Assembly (NCBI GenBank): GCA_041640635.1
Contig: JBEPZX010000013.1
Coordinates: 1-32,832 of the forward strand
Reading direction: 5' to 3'
Length of the DNA: 32,832 nt
DNA from: Aquificaceae bacterium
GTDB lineage: Bacteria; Aquificota; Aquificia; Aquificales; Aquificaceae
Translations under genes and position numbers: made by a program
Part shown: positions 1-9,305 of the stretch, piece after piece
How the letters are laid out: each line of letters begins with the position of its first letter
Position numbering within the stretch: position 1 is the stretch's first letter
The notes under the pieces: model-generated
Database searches by the model: none
Told to the model about the DNA's origin: nothing
The model's input: only the letters and a program-made list of their open reading frames with translations

Positions 1-361
1 TTATAGGATTTTTGAGCACTACTTTTTTTCTGTCTATTTCGAATCCTTTTTCCTTTAGCAAGTTTGATATATCTGACGCAGTTATGGAACCAAAGAGCTT
101 ACCTTTTTCGCCAACCTGTCTTTGAATCTCCAATTCCAACCCTTTTAACTTTTCGGCTAGAGCTAAAGCTTTCTCTTTTTCCTTTTGTAGCTTTCTGGAC
201 CTTTGTTGAAGAATACTCTTTATGTGCTTTATGTTTCCTTCCGTTGCAGGAACGGCAATACCTCTGGGGATTAGGTAATTATTAGCAAACCCATCTTTCA
301 CATTTACTATATCACCGAATGTACCGTATCCTTCTAAATCCTGAAGCAAGATAATTTTCAT
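1..361 (-). CDS. rplI: 50S ribosomal protein L9 (3' end runs off the window)
   Basis: Manual translation from ATG at 361: MKIILLQDLEGYGTFGDIVNVKDGFANNYLIPRGIAVPATEGN...GKLFGSIT. GGAGG SD at 370-374. Follows rpsR. Confidence 0.97.
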   Translation of the reverse strand, partial: MKIILLQDLEGYGTFGDIVNVKDGFANNYLIPRGIAVPATEGNIKHIKSILQQRSRKLQKEKEKALALAEKLKGLELEIQRQVGEKGKLFGSITASDISNLLKEKGFEIDRKKVVLKNPI

Positions 362-374
362 CTTCACAACCTCC

Positions 375-593
375 TTAAGCTATTAAATAAGGAAGTAAGG
401 CTATCTGCCTCGCCTTTTTTATTTCTCTTGCAAGCATCCTCTGATGGTGTGCGCATACACCTGTCTGCCGCCTTCCTATTATTTTCCCTCTTTCACTTAT
501 AAACTGGGAAAGAGTTTGCACATCTTTATAGCTTGGTTCTGTTCCCTTTTCGCAAAAGTAACAGTTTTTCTTTGATGCTTTTTTTATCTCCAT
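375..593 (-). CDS. rpsR: 30S ribosomal protein S18 (Zn-binding C+ type)
   Basis: CYFC...[43 protein letters not shown] upstream. Confidence 0.98.
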   Translation of the reverse strand: MEIKKASKKNCYFCEKGTEPSYKDVQTLSQFISERGKIIGRRQTGVCAHHQRMLAREIKKARQIALLPYLIA

Positions 594-605
594 AATGTTC
601 CTCCT

Positions 606-1040
606 TTAAAAAGGTATTACATCATCTTCTCCAAAGAGTTTTTCTTCCTCTTCAGAGGGATTTATATATTCGTTAAGCTCTTCTTCTACAGCTTCCTCTT
701 CTGATAGATTTGTATACTTGGGTTTTCTCAAAACTCTAACATCCATCGCTACAATGTATACTCTACTTCTAATTTTTCCTTCGTTGTCTGTCCATTTATC
801 TTGACTGAGCCTTCCTTCAACTAATATTGTGTAACCCTTAGAAACGTTAGATAATAGCCTTTCTGCCAGTTTCCCGTAAGCTCTAATATCGAAATAATGA
901 GATTCCTCTCTTACTTCACTACCAACTTTGTATCTTCTATTGTATGCTAGACTTAGCTCTGCTACTTGAGTACCGGATGGCAGAAACCTTCCTTGTGGGT
1001 CCTTCGTTAAATTGCCTATCAATACTATTTTGTTGTACAT
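606..1040 (-). CDS. ssb: single-stranded DNA-binding protein
   Basis: NKIVLIGNLTKDP OB-fold start, VEGRL, acidic tail ending DDVIPF; lies between rpsF and rpsR. Confidence 0.97.
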   Translation of the reverse strand: MYNKIVLIGNLTKDPQGRFLPSGTQVAELSLAYNRRYKVGSEVREESHYFDIRAYGKLAERLLSNVSKGYTILVEGRLSQDKWTDNEGKIRSRVYIVAMDVRVLRKPKYTNLSEEEAVEEELNEYINPSEEEEKLFGEDDVIPF

Positions 1041-1358
1041 TTAAAAACCCCCAACCTTGTTGTTTAACCATCTTATAATATCATCACTTATTTTGTAATA
1101 AAAGTCCAACTCGTTGGGTAATTGTGGATTTTCTGAGTTGATTTTTATTAGGATGTACCTACCATGGTTAAAGTTACCTATTCTGTATGCAAGCTGCTTG
1201 GTTCCCCAATCTTCTACAGAAACTACTTCACCATTCTTCTTTTCTATCTGTTCCTTTATCTCCTGGATCCTTTTTTGAACTTCTTCTTCTGTCATTGTAG
1301 GTTTGAAAACTACTACACTTTCATAACTTCTTCTTGTTTTGTAATATCTCTTTGCCAT
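1041..1358 (-). CDS. rpsF: 30S ribosomal protein S6
   Basis: YE..V..KP, DWG.KQLAY.I, G.Y, DIIRW motifs; first gene of the rpsF-ssb-rpsR-rplI operon. Confidence 0.97.
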   Translation of the reverse strand: MAKRYYKTRRSYESVVVFKPTMTEEEVQKRIQEIKEQIEKKNGEVVSVEDWGTKQLAYRIGNFNHGRYILIKINSENPQLPNELDFYYKISDDIIRWLNNKVGGF

Positions 1359-1360
1359 AC

Positions 1361-1413
1361 TTTACCTCCTGGACTTATTTTAGGTCCCTGCAATATACAG
1401 GAACGAGGTTAAA
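1361..1413 (-). promoter_or_regulatory. putative S6:S18-binding autoregulatory mRNA leader
   Basis: Minus strand: ACCUC can pair with GAGGU of the SD, enclosing a 9-bp hairpin GUUCCUGUA-UAU-UGCAGGGAC and a CCA just before the SD. TATAAT -10 at 1422-1427 puts the leader at the transcript 5' end. Confidence 0.65.
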
Positions 1414-1447
1414 TTTTATATATTATAAAGCATAAAGGAGGTTGGTA

Positions 1448-2656
1448 ATGGAATTTGTGTTCAATACGATAGAAGAAGCACTTGAGGATATCGCAAATGG
1501 AAAAATGGTTGTAGTAGTAGATGATCCAGATAGGGAAAACGAAGGAGATTTGGTAATGGCTGCAGAGAAAGTAACTCCAGAAGCGATAAACTTTATGTCT
1601 AAGTACGGTAGAGGGCTCATCTGTTTATCTCTGGCACCGGAAAGATGTGAACAATTAGACTTACATCCGATGACAGTTAGGAACACAGATCCAAAAGGAA
1701 CTTACTTTTGTGTTTCAATAGATGCTCATCCAAAGTATGGTACAACTACAGGCATTTCTGCTTTCGATAGAGCTATTACTATAAAACTAGCTGTTAGTCC
1801 TGATGCTAAGCCTTCAGATTTTGTTAGACCTGGGCATGTATTCCCTCTTAAAGCTAAACCTGGTGGTGTCCTCGAAAGAGCTGGACATACAGAGGCTTCT
1901 GTAGATTTAGCAAAACTAGCAGGGCTTTATCCCGCTGGCGTTATATGTGAGATAATGAAAGAAGATGGTACTATGGCAAGGCTGCCGGATTTAGTAGAAT
2001 TTGCCAAGAAACACAACTTAAAGATTATCACTATAGCTGATTTGATAAAGTACAGATTAAAAAGAGAAAGACTTGTGGTGAGAGAAGCTACGGCAAATTT
2101 ACCAACAATGTATGGTCTCTTTAAAATACATGCCTACAGGCATGTTTTAACAAATGAAGAGCAAGTAGCATTAACCATGGGTGAATGGAAAGAAGATGAG
2201 CCTGTCCTTGTAAGAGTCCACTCTGAATGTCTAACTGGAGACGTGTTTAAGTCAATGCGTTGTGATTGTAGAAATCAACTAGAAACTGCATTGGAAATTA
2301 TAGCCAGAGAAGGGAAAGGTGTACTTGTCTACATTATGGGGCATGAAGGTAGAGGTATTGGAATAGTTAACAAGATAAAAGCTTACAATTTGCAAGACCA
2401 AGGATACGACACAGTGGAAGCCAACGAAAAGCTCGGATATGCCCCAGATCTTAGAGACTACGGCATAGGTGTACAAATACTTTTGGACTTAGGTATAAAA
2501 AAGATGCGTCTTCTTACCAATAACCCAAGAAAAATTGTAGCTCTGGAAGGTTACGGACTGGAAGTTGTTGAGAGAGTACCATTGATTACAGATACGTGTG
2601 AACATAATCAAAGGTACATACAGACAAAGAAAATAAAACTAGGACATATGATTTAA
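1448..2656 (+). CDS. ribBA: bifunctional 3,4-dihydroxy-2-butanone 4-phosphate synthase / GTP cyclohydrolase II
   Basis: [54 protein letters not shown] 1448 follows AAGGAGG. Confidence 0.98.
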   Translation: MEFVFNTIEEALEDIANGKMVVVVDDPDRENEGDLVMAAEKVTPEAINFMSKYGRGLICLSLAPERCEQLDLHPMTVRNTDPKGTYFCVSIDAHPKYGTTTGISAFDRAITIKLAVSPDAKPSDFVRPGHVFPLKAKPGGVLERAGHTEASVDLAKLAGLYPAGVICEIMKEDGTMARLPDLVEFAKKHNLKIITIADLIKYRLKRERLVVREATANLPTMYGLFKIHAYRHVLTNEEQVALTMGEWKEDEPVLVRVHSECLTGDVFKSMRCDCRNQLETALEIIAREGKGVLVYIMGHEGRGIGIVNKIKAYNLQDQGYDTVEANEKLGYAPDLRDYGIGVQILLDLGIKKMRLLTNNPRKIVALEGYGLEVVERVPLITDTCEHNQRYIQTKKIKLGHMI

Positions 2657-2676
2657 GCTTTATTTAAAATTTTAAT

Positions 2677-4659
2677 GTGGTATTTTTTGCTTTATTGCTG
2701 CTTTTTGTATCCTTTTCATTTTCCGTGGAAATTTTTTCAGATATTTTGGAGCGTCTTCCAACCGGTGAGATTGTAGCTAAAGGTAACGTTGAAGGATTTT
2801 ATAAAAATTACTACATAAAAACTGATACTCTAAGATACAATCCAGAAACAAAGGATGTATATGCCGAAGGAAATGTATACATAAGGTCTTTGGACGGTAA
2901 GTTGGAAGTTGTCGCTAAAGAAGCATGGTTAAATTTAGATTCTGACTACGGATACTTTATAGATGTTAACGGTAGGTTTGAAAGGTTCTATTTCCAAGCA
3001 GAAAAAGTAGATAAAGAAAAGGATACGTATAAGGTGGAGCAAGGTAACATAACCACTTGCCCACCAGATAAGAAAGAGTTAAAGCTGTGCTTTTCTGGAG
3101 CAAAAATTACCGATAAGTATGTCTTTTCCTATAACAATAATCTTAGATTCTTCGAAGTTCCTTTTGCTTACTTACCTATCTCGGTATATCCAGTAGGAGA
3201 GAGGCGCTCTGGTTTGCTACCACCTTTGATAGGATCCAATGTTTATAACTCTTTTATTTACCAACAGCCCATATACTGGGCTATATCGCAAGATAAAGAT
3301 GCAACCATTACCTTAGACTACAGAACAGCTCAGGCTAAAGGGTTAGGTTTAGAGTATAGACAAGCTATAAGAAAATCCAACGACCTTAAACTGAACTTTT
3401 CCTTCTATAAAGAGCCAAAACCTCAAGGTAATTGGTGGGAAGGGAGAGACTTAACTACATTTAGAGAGAATCGTTATAGAATAAAGTTAGATGTCGACTT
3501 TGATAATCTGAAAGCAGGCGTAGATACTATCAGTGACCCTTACTTTATGCAAGATATTTACTTCAGAACTGAACAGAGAACAGTCCCTTATCTAACTTCC
3601 TATTTGAGCTATATAAGAGATTCAGATAAGTTTATGTTCACTTTTGATCTAAGCAAGTTTTACGATACTACTGCTCCTAACAATAGGCAGACACTGAATC
3701 GACTGCCGGAAATGAACCTTTACTTTAAAGATACAAAAATACTCGGAAATCTTTATGCAAGTGCTCATTTTGGCTTTGCTAATTTTTACAGACAGGAAGG
3801 CTTAAAAGCAAAAAGACTTCTGTTTTTTCCACAACTGCAATATCCTCTATACCTAGCTGGTCTTACTTTTCTTTCTACTCTTACCTATGAGGGTATCTAT
3901 TACCTTGATCTAAATAAACCCTATGAAAAGAAAGTGTCCACTTTTAGCTTCTCAGAAAGTTTGCCAATTTCTTGGCATAACACTATTAAAGATTGGAATA
4001 TTTCACACTTTTTAGAGATAGGTTATGAATATAGACCAAGAGGTTTTGAAAATCCAAGATTCGATCCCCTTGATGAAGTTGACAAACACAGTGTCGTGAA
4101 AGCTTCATACAGAGGTTACGCAATGTATGAAAATGTGCAGATTTTTAATATTTTTGTGGAAGGTGGGATAGACCATGCTAATAATGCGAAATACCAAGGT
4201 AAGGTATTGTCAGGAAGACTTTTACCTGTTAGATTCATATTTGGTTTTAACCCAACACAACCTATAAGTTTCCACACAGAAGGCATATATGACCCTAATG
4301 ATTCTACGCTTCTTCTAAGTTCTAATTCAACATCTATAAAATATAAGAATAGTTCGTTGAATTTAGGATACATTCTAAGTAAAAGTGTAGATAAACAAGT
4401 AATTACAGATCAATATAGTTACGGTTTTGCTTCATCATACGAAGGCATTACGTTTGGATTTAACATTGTTCATGATAATAAAAGTAAGAAGGATATATAT
4501 AGGCAACTGAGTGCAGATTATAGGGGTGGTTGTTGGAATCTAGGTTTTTTATTTAAAGATACATATAACGGAGAAGCAAAAAAGTACATTAAGGAGTTCT
4601 TTTTAGTAATAAACATATTCGATTTGCAGAGACTTACGTTACCGCTAAAAAGGCAGTGA
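2677..4659 (+). CDS. lptD: LPS-assembly outer-membrane protein LptD (OstA family)
   Basis: Signal peptide, OstA-like N-domain with TTCP, RRSGLLPP, PIYWAI..DKDAT motifs, beta-barrel C-terminus with GCW. Confidence 0.9.
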   Translation: MVFFALLLLFVSFSFSVEIFSDILERLPTGEIVAKGNVEGFYKNYYIKTDTLRYNPETKDVYAEGNVYIRSLDGKLEVVAKEAWLNLDSDYGYFIDVNGRFERFYFQAEKVDKEKDTYKVEQGNITTCPPDKKELKLCFSGAKITDKYVFSYNNNLRFFEVPFAYLPISVYPVGERRSGLLPPLIGSNVYNSFIYQQPIYWAISQDKDATITLDYRTAQAKGLGLEYRQAIRKSNDLKLNFSFYKEPKPQGNWWEGRDLTTFRENRYRIKLDVDFDNLKAGVDTISDPYFMQDIYFRTEQRTVPYLTSYLSYIRDSDKFMFTFDLSKFYDTTAPNNRQTLNRLPEMNLYFKDTKILGNLYASAHFGFANFYRQEGLKAKRLLFFPQLQYPLYLAGLTFLSTLTYEGIYYLDLNKPYEKKVSTFSFSESLPISWHNTIKDWNISHFLEIGYEYRPRGFENPRFDPLDEVDKHSVVKASYRGYAMYENVQIFNIFVEGGIDHANNAKYQGKVLSGRLLPVRFIFGFNPTQPISFHTEGIYDPNDSTLLLSSNSTSIKYKNSSLNLGYILSKSVDKQVITDQYSYGFASSYEGITFGFNIVHDNKSKKDIYRQLSADYRGGCWNLGFLFKDTYNGEAKKYIKEFFLVINIFDLQRLTLPLKRQ

Positions 4660-4755
4660 ATTTTGATCCTTTTATGAAAAAGTTAAGTAAACTTTTGCTT
4701 TTCAATAAGTAATTAATAATTATATTTTCTATTCTAAGAATAAGTTTTAGATATT

Positions 4756-5463
4756 TTACTGGTTTTCAGCTGATATGGCATCCAATATTTTTTTGTAACC
4801 TTCCAACAAATCCCCAATGTCAAATCTAAATCTATCTTTGTCAAGCTTTTCTCCTGTTTTTATATCCCAAAGCCTACAAGTATCTGGTGATATCTCATCT
4901 ATTATTGCAATATCTCCTGAATCTAGTCTTCCAAATTCCAATTTAAAGTCCACAAGCAGTAACCCATGCTCTTTAAAAAACTCCTTCAAAATTTCATTAG
5001 TTTTAAGGGCTATTTCTTTTACAGTTTCTACCTCTTGTGGAGCCATAAGATTTAGTAAAAGTATGTGTTCATAACAAATCAATGGATCACCAAGATCGTC
5101 ATTTTTGTAAAAGAACTCCACCAGTGGCTTTCCAAACTCAATACCTTCTTTGATTCCTAATCTTTTACAGATACTTCCTGCAGATATGTTCCTCACTACC
5201 ACTTCTACATCTATTCTTTGCGCTTTCCAAACAAGCATTTCATTGTCCGATATTTTTTCTATAAAGTGAGTACGTATAGAGCTCTTATTGAGAAGTTGAA
5301 AAATCAAGGATGAGATGGTATTATTTAGCATGCCTTTACCTATAAAATCTGCGCGTTTCTGTGCATTAAATGCAGTAGCACTATCCTTAAAATAAACTAT
5401 ATACTTGTCAGCTTCTTCTGTCTTATAAACGATTTTTGCCTTACCTTCGTAAAGTTTTTCCAT
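4756..5463 (-). CDS. purC: phosphoribosylaminoimidazole-succinocarboxamide synthase
   Basis: LYEGKAK, FKDSATAF, EVVVRN, VDFKLEFG, DEISPDTCRLWD, DKDRFR. Confidence 0.98.
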   Translation of the reverse strand: MEKLYEGKAKIVYKTEEADKYIVYFKDSATAFNAQKRADFIGKGMLNNTISSLIFQLLNKSSIRTHFIEKISDNEMLVWKAQRIDVEVVVRNISAGSICKRLGIKEGIEFGKPLVEFFYKNDDLGDPLICYEHILLLNLMAPQEVETVKEIALKTNEILKEFFKEHGLLLVDFKLEFGRLDSGDIAIIDEISPDTCRLWDIKTGEKLDKDRFRFDIGDLLEGYKKILDAISAENQ

Positions 5464-5478
5464 ATCTAAGAGTATAAT

Positions 5479-6582
5479 TTAAAAATTTACAAAACCTCTT
5501 CCACCCGAAGATACACCTTTCAACTTTAACTCTAAGTCTCCTGGTTTGCTTGCATACATTATAGCTGTTTTGAAGTCTATTAACCCTGCTCTGTAAAGCT
5601 GTTCCAAGTGTTGATCAAAAGTCTGTGTTCCGTAAATGCCGCTACCTTTTTCAAGAAGTTTAGGAATATCATCAAGCCTGGTAGGGTCCACTATGCATTC
5701 TTTAATTGCTGCCGTATTTACCAATACTTCGACAGCAGGAATCACTCCATTACCATCTAATCTTGGTAATAACCTTTGGGAAAATATAGCTACAAGTGTT
5801 TGAGCTAGCTGAATGCGTATCTGTTCCCTAACTTCCAAATTAAACATACCTATTAATCTGTTTATAGTTTCTTTAGCATCCAATGTGTGAAGTGTAGAAA
5901 GAACTAAGTGGCCTGTTTCTGCAGCTTGAAGGGCTATACTTGCCGTCTCTGGATCTCTTATCTCACCTACCATTATTATATCTGGGTCTTCTCTAAGAGC
6001 AGCTTTCAAAGCTTTTGCAAAGGAAGATGTATCTATACCAATTTCACGCTGTACTATGTAAGATTTTTCATCCTTAAAAAGGTACTCTATGGGGTCTTCT
6101 ATTGTAACTATAACTTGTGAACGTGTTTTATTGATTAGGTTTATTAGAGTTGCCAAAGTTGTTGATTTTCCTGATCCAGTTGGGCCTGTTACCAATATAA
6201 ACCCTTTGTTATTTTCTAGAATAATATTTTTCATAACTGGAGGTAAATTTAAGGTTTCAAAAGCTGGAATTTCGAAGGGTATATGACGAAAAGCTATACT
6301 TACAGTCCCCCTCTGTTTATAAATGTTTACCCTAAAACGTGTTAAATTTTGTAGTGAGTAAGATGTGTCCACTTCCCCATATTGCTCAAACTCGGCTAAT
6401 TTTCTCTTATTGTTTACCAGAATTTCTTTAATAATTAGTTCCATAAGTTCGTTCGATACAGGAGGAAATTCTTCTATTTTTTGCAATATTTTGCTTACTC
6501 TTACATATGGGACTTGACCAACTTTTATATGTATATCGGATGCTTTTAACTCTACCGCTCTTTTAAGTATTAGTTGCAACAT
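5479..6582 (-). CDS. pilT: type IV pilus retraction ATPase, PilT/PilU family
   Basis: [54 protein letters not shown]. Start ATG 6582 (alternative TTG 6591). AIRNLIRE is replaced by AIKECIVD, suggesting a PilU-like paralog. Confidence 0.92.
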   Translation of the reverse strand: MLQLILKRAVELKASDIHIKVGQVPYVRVSKILQKIEEFPPVSNELMELIIKEILVNNKRKLAEFEQYGEVDTSYSLQNLTRFRVNIYKQRGTVSIAFRHIPFEIPAFETLNLPPVMKNIILENNKGFILVTGPTGSGKSTTLATLINLINKTRSQVIVTIEDPIEYLFKDEKSYIVQREIGIDTSSFAKALKAALREDPDIIMVGEIRDPETASIALQAAETGHLVLSTLHTLDAKETINRLIGMFNLEVREQIRIQLAQTLVAIFSQRLLPRLDGNGVIPAVEVLVNTAAIKECIVDPTRLDDIPKLLEKGSGIYGTQTFDQHLEQLYRAGLIDFKTAIMYASKPGDLELKLKGVSSGGRGFVNF

Positions 6583-7579
6583 TGAATACAAGCTCCCTTA
6601 CTTTTTCTTCTATATCTTGTACTATGTCTGGGTTTTCAGATAAAAATTTCCTTGCTTGGTCTTTGCCTTGACCTAGCTTTATATCTCCGTAACTGTACCA
6701 GCTACCTGATTTATTTATTACCTTTAAATCTGTAGCAACATCAATCAAATCACACAATTTGCATATTCCTTCACCGTACAAAACATCAAATTCAGCTTCT
6801 TGGAAAGGCGGAGCTAACTTGTTTTTAACTACCCTAACCCTAACTCTATTTCCTGATTTTTCCCCACCTTCTTTCAAGTCACCAACTCTTCTAACATCCA
6901 ATCTCATGTCCGCAAAGAACTTTAGAGCCCTACCTCCTGGCGTAGTTTCTGGGTTTCCAAACATAACACCTATTTTTTCCCTTAGCTGGTTTATAAATAT
7001 CAAAGCTGTGTTAGACTTATGGATAATTCCTTTTAACTTTCTAAGGGCTTGGGACATAAGTCTGGCCTGCTTTCCTACGTGTGCTTCTCCTATTTCACCT
7101 TCCAGCTCGTCCTTTGGCACCAATGCAGCAACGGAGTCTACAACTATTACATCTACTGCACCACTACTGGCTAAACTCTCTGCAATCTCTAGAGCTTGCT
7201 CTCCATAATCAGGTTGAGAAATATAAAGCCTTTCTATGTCTACACCTATCTTCTCTGCGTACTTTGGGTCTAGTGCATGTTCTGCATCTATAAATACTGC
7301 AATGCCCCCTTCTTTCTGAGCTTGCGCTATTATATGCAGCGCAAGGGTTGTTTTGCCGGAAGATTCTGGTCCAAATATTTCAGTTATTCTACCTTTAGGT
7401 ATTCCACCAATACCTGTAGCTATATCCAAAGCCAAAGAGCCAGTAGGTATAACATCCACCTTTACTTTCTCTGCATTTTTCAATGGCATTATAGAGCCTT
7501 TACCGTATTTTTTTTCAATGGAAGTTATTATGTTTTCAAGCATTTTTTGCTTTTCAGTGTTATTGGTTTGTTCGCTCAT
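6563..7579 (-). CDS. recA: recombinase RecA
   Basis: [43 protein letters not shown]; no intein. Confidence 0.99.
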   Translation of the reverse strand: MSEQTNNTEKQKMLENIITSIEKKYGKGSIMPLKNAEKVKVDVIPTGSLALDIATGIGGIPKGRITEIFGPESSGKTTLALHIIAQAQKEGGIAVFIDAEHALDPKYAEKIGVDIERLYISQPDYGEQALEIAESLASSGAVDVIVVDSVAALVPKDELEGEIGEAHVGKQARLMSQALRKLKGIIHKSNTALIFINQLREKIGVMFGNPETTPGGRALKFFADMRLDVRRVGDLKEGGEKSGNRVRVRVVKNKLAPPFQEAEFDVLYGEGICKLCDLIDVATDLKVINKSGSWYSYGDIKLGQGKDQARKFLSENPDIVQDIEEKVRELVFNVATNT

Positions 7580-7585
7580 AAATTA

Positions 7586-7870
7586 TTAAACCTCCAATAT
7601 TTTTGGTACCACAAAGAATCCATTTTCCTTTTGTGGAGCGTTTGTAAGTGCTTCTTCATGTGAAAAAGATCCATGTGGTACATCCTCTCTCATAGGTGTT
7701 CCCTCAAAATGCATACCAAAGGATTCTACACCTTCTGTGTTGACTTGAGATAACTGTTGCACAAAGTTAAGTATGTCTACCAATTGTTTACTTAGGACTT
7801 TCTTTTCCTCATCCGTAAGTTTTAGCCTAGCTAATTGAGAAACTTTTTCTACTATTGCTATATTTATCAT
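7586..7870 (-). CDS. gatC: Asp-tRNA(Asn)/Glu-tRNA(Gln) amidotransferase subunit C
   Basis: V..LARL.L..EE, L..V.T.GV, MRED, NAP....FFVVPKI. ATG 7870 preferred over TTG 7876. Confidence 0.95.
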   Translation of the reverse strand: MINIAIVEKVSQLARLKLTDEEKKVLSKQLVDILNFVQQLSQVNTEGVESFGMHFEGTPMREDVPHGSFSHEEALTNAPQKENGFFVVPKILEV

Positions 7871-7894
7871 ATTCAATAATTTTAAACTTTACGC

Positions 7895-8335
7895 ATGGAG
7901 TATGCAATAGTCAAGTACATACACCTATTAGGAATATTTACATGGGCTAGCGCAGCTTCTTCTCTGGGTTTATTTATGCTATACTCTATGCACAAAAGTA
8001 CAGGTTGCGACCAAAACATCTTGAGAAATTTTTATAGATGGATGACAAATTTGGAAATACTTGGCTTTGTTGTAGCTATTGTTATGGGACTTTATATGCT
8101 GCACCTACTGGAATACAGAGGTGATATTGCATGGTTAAATATTAAAATACCACTGGTTTTTCTTTTTATTTTACCTTTGGAAATTCTTAATTTCTACTTT
8201 GTCAACGTATACATTCCTAAGGCGACGGATAAATTTAAAGCTTACAAAAGGTACGACCTCTTCAATTACATAGTAGCCATACCTTTAATATTTGTGACTT
8301 TATATATTATTTATTTGGCGGTTGTGAAACCATGA
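7895..8335 (+). CDS. 4-TM membrane protein of the HemJ/CopD/DUF2269-like clan
   Basis: KYIHLLGIFTW, WLNIKIPLV and C-terminal FN...YLAVVKP match the clan pattern; the HemJ GLFYLPRL motif is absent. Confidence 0.6.
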   Translation: MEYAIVKYIHLLGIFTWASAASSLGLFMLYSMHKSTGCDQNILRNFYRWMTNLEILGFVVAIVMGLYMLHLLEYRGDIAWLNIKIPLVFLFILPLEILNFYFVNVYIPKATDKFKAYKRYDLFNYIVAIPLIFVTLYIIYLAVVKP

Positions 8336-8775
8336 GCAGAGGTTACTTGGCACTTATTGGTAGTGTTCTCCTACCATTAGGAGGTATATACTTTCCTTTG
8401 ACTTTACTAGGTGCTATTTTTTTCTTTTTTGGTGTTTCTGGTTTTATCGAGCAAGACAGAAAGCTTTCTAAAACTTTTCTTGTAGGCTTGGCTTTGGCTA
8501 TAATGGGAGGCTATTGGGCAAAAAGGGTTTTAGACGAAGAAGGTTTACATTTAGTATACATGTTGCCTACCGCTTTTGTTTCGACAGTAGGACTTCATCT
8601 TCAGTATTTAGCGTATCAAAAAATAGGAAATGAGTTTAACATGCAAAGTCTCACTTTAGGTGGTATCTTTTTAGTTATAGGATCTGCAACCTTTTGGCTT
8701 TATGTGGGATTTTTGCCTTTGGCTGTAGGAACTCTTTTAATTGCTTACTCTTTTTGGAGGTTAAGAAATGCTTAA
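8332..8775 (+). CDS. multi-pass membrane protein of unknown function (DUF996-like)
   Basis: Several hydrophobic helices with Gly-rich packing motifs; ATGA overlap with the upstream gene. Confidence 0.6.
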   Translation: MSRGYLALIGSVLLPLGGIYFPLTLLGAIFFFFGVSGFIEQDRKLSKTFLVGLALAIMGGYWAKRVLDEEGLHLVYMLPTAFVSTVGLHLQYLAYQKIGNEFNMQSLTLGGIFLVIGSATFWLYVGFLPLAVGTLLIAYSFWRLRNA

Positions 8776-9283
8776 ATTTTTATTTAAATTGCTGGTTTTA
8801 CTTGGGCTAGCACAAGCCGGAAATCCCATAGCTAAAGGACAACCTGCATATAACTTTTCCCTTGTTTCTGAGAATGGAAGCATAGTAAGACTTTCGGACT
8901 ACAAGGGTAAGTGGGTAGTGCTTTACTTTTATCCTAAAGCAGATACACCAGGATGTACAGCACAAGCAAAAGAATACACTAAACTTATAGATGAATTTTC
9001 CAAGCTAGGAGTTCAAGTATTTGGTATCAGTACAGATTCAGTAGAAGACATTAAAAAGTTCAAGCAAAAATATAATATAAAAGTAACATTTCTTTCGGAT
9101 CCCAAAGGCGAAGTAGCCAAAGCTTACGGTGTAAGGGTTATATTTGGCTTTTGTTCAAGAGACACAGTTATCATAAACCCACAGTTAAAGGTGGAGCAAA
9201 TATATAGAGGTGTTGACCCTTCGTCAGATCCTTACAAAGTACTTGATTATATAAAAAGCAAAATAAAGTCTACAATGGGTTAA
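8768..9283 (+). CDS. exported peroxiredoxin (BCP/PrxQ family) with signal peptide
   Basis: YFYPKADTPGCT peroxidatic motif, LSDP, resolving-position candidate FCSR; N-terminus MLKFLFKLLVLLGLAQA with AQA cleavage site. Confidence 0.9.
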   Translation: MLKFLFKLLVLLGLAQAGNPIAKGQPAYNFSLVSENGSIVRLSDYKGKWVVLYFYPKADTPGCTAQAKEYTKLIDEFSKLGVQVFGISTDSVEDIKKFKQKYNIKVTFLSDPKGEVAKAYGVRVIFGFCSRDTVIINPQLKVEQIYRGVDPSSDPYKVLDYIKSKIKSTMG

Positions 9284-9305
9284 TTCTTAAGTTATTATAT
9301 TTGTA

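Noticed and set aside
64..285. 73-aa + strand ORF
   Set aside because: Antisense to rplI, which the track missed because it is truncated by the window edge.
1414..1447. FMN riboswitch before ribBA
   Set aside because: No space and no RFN consensus.
4660..4755. AT-rich gap with an AAAAGTT/AACTTTT hairpin and a 12-codon ORF (MKKLSKLLLFNK)
   Set aside because: The stem is too weak for a thermophile, and the ORF is too short with no SD.
6759..7663. + strand ORFs of up to 149 aa opposite recA/gatC
   Set aside because: Shadow frames of a highly conserved gene.
7895..8335. Calling this gene hemJ
   Set aside because: Lacks the GLFYLPRL and NEVP motifs; only clan-level similarity can be supported.
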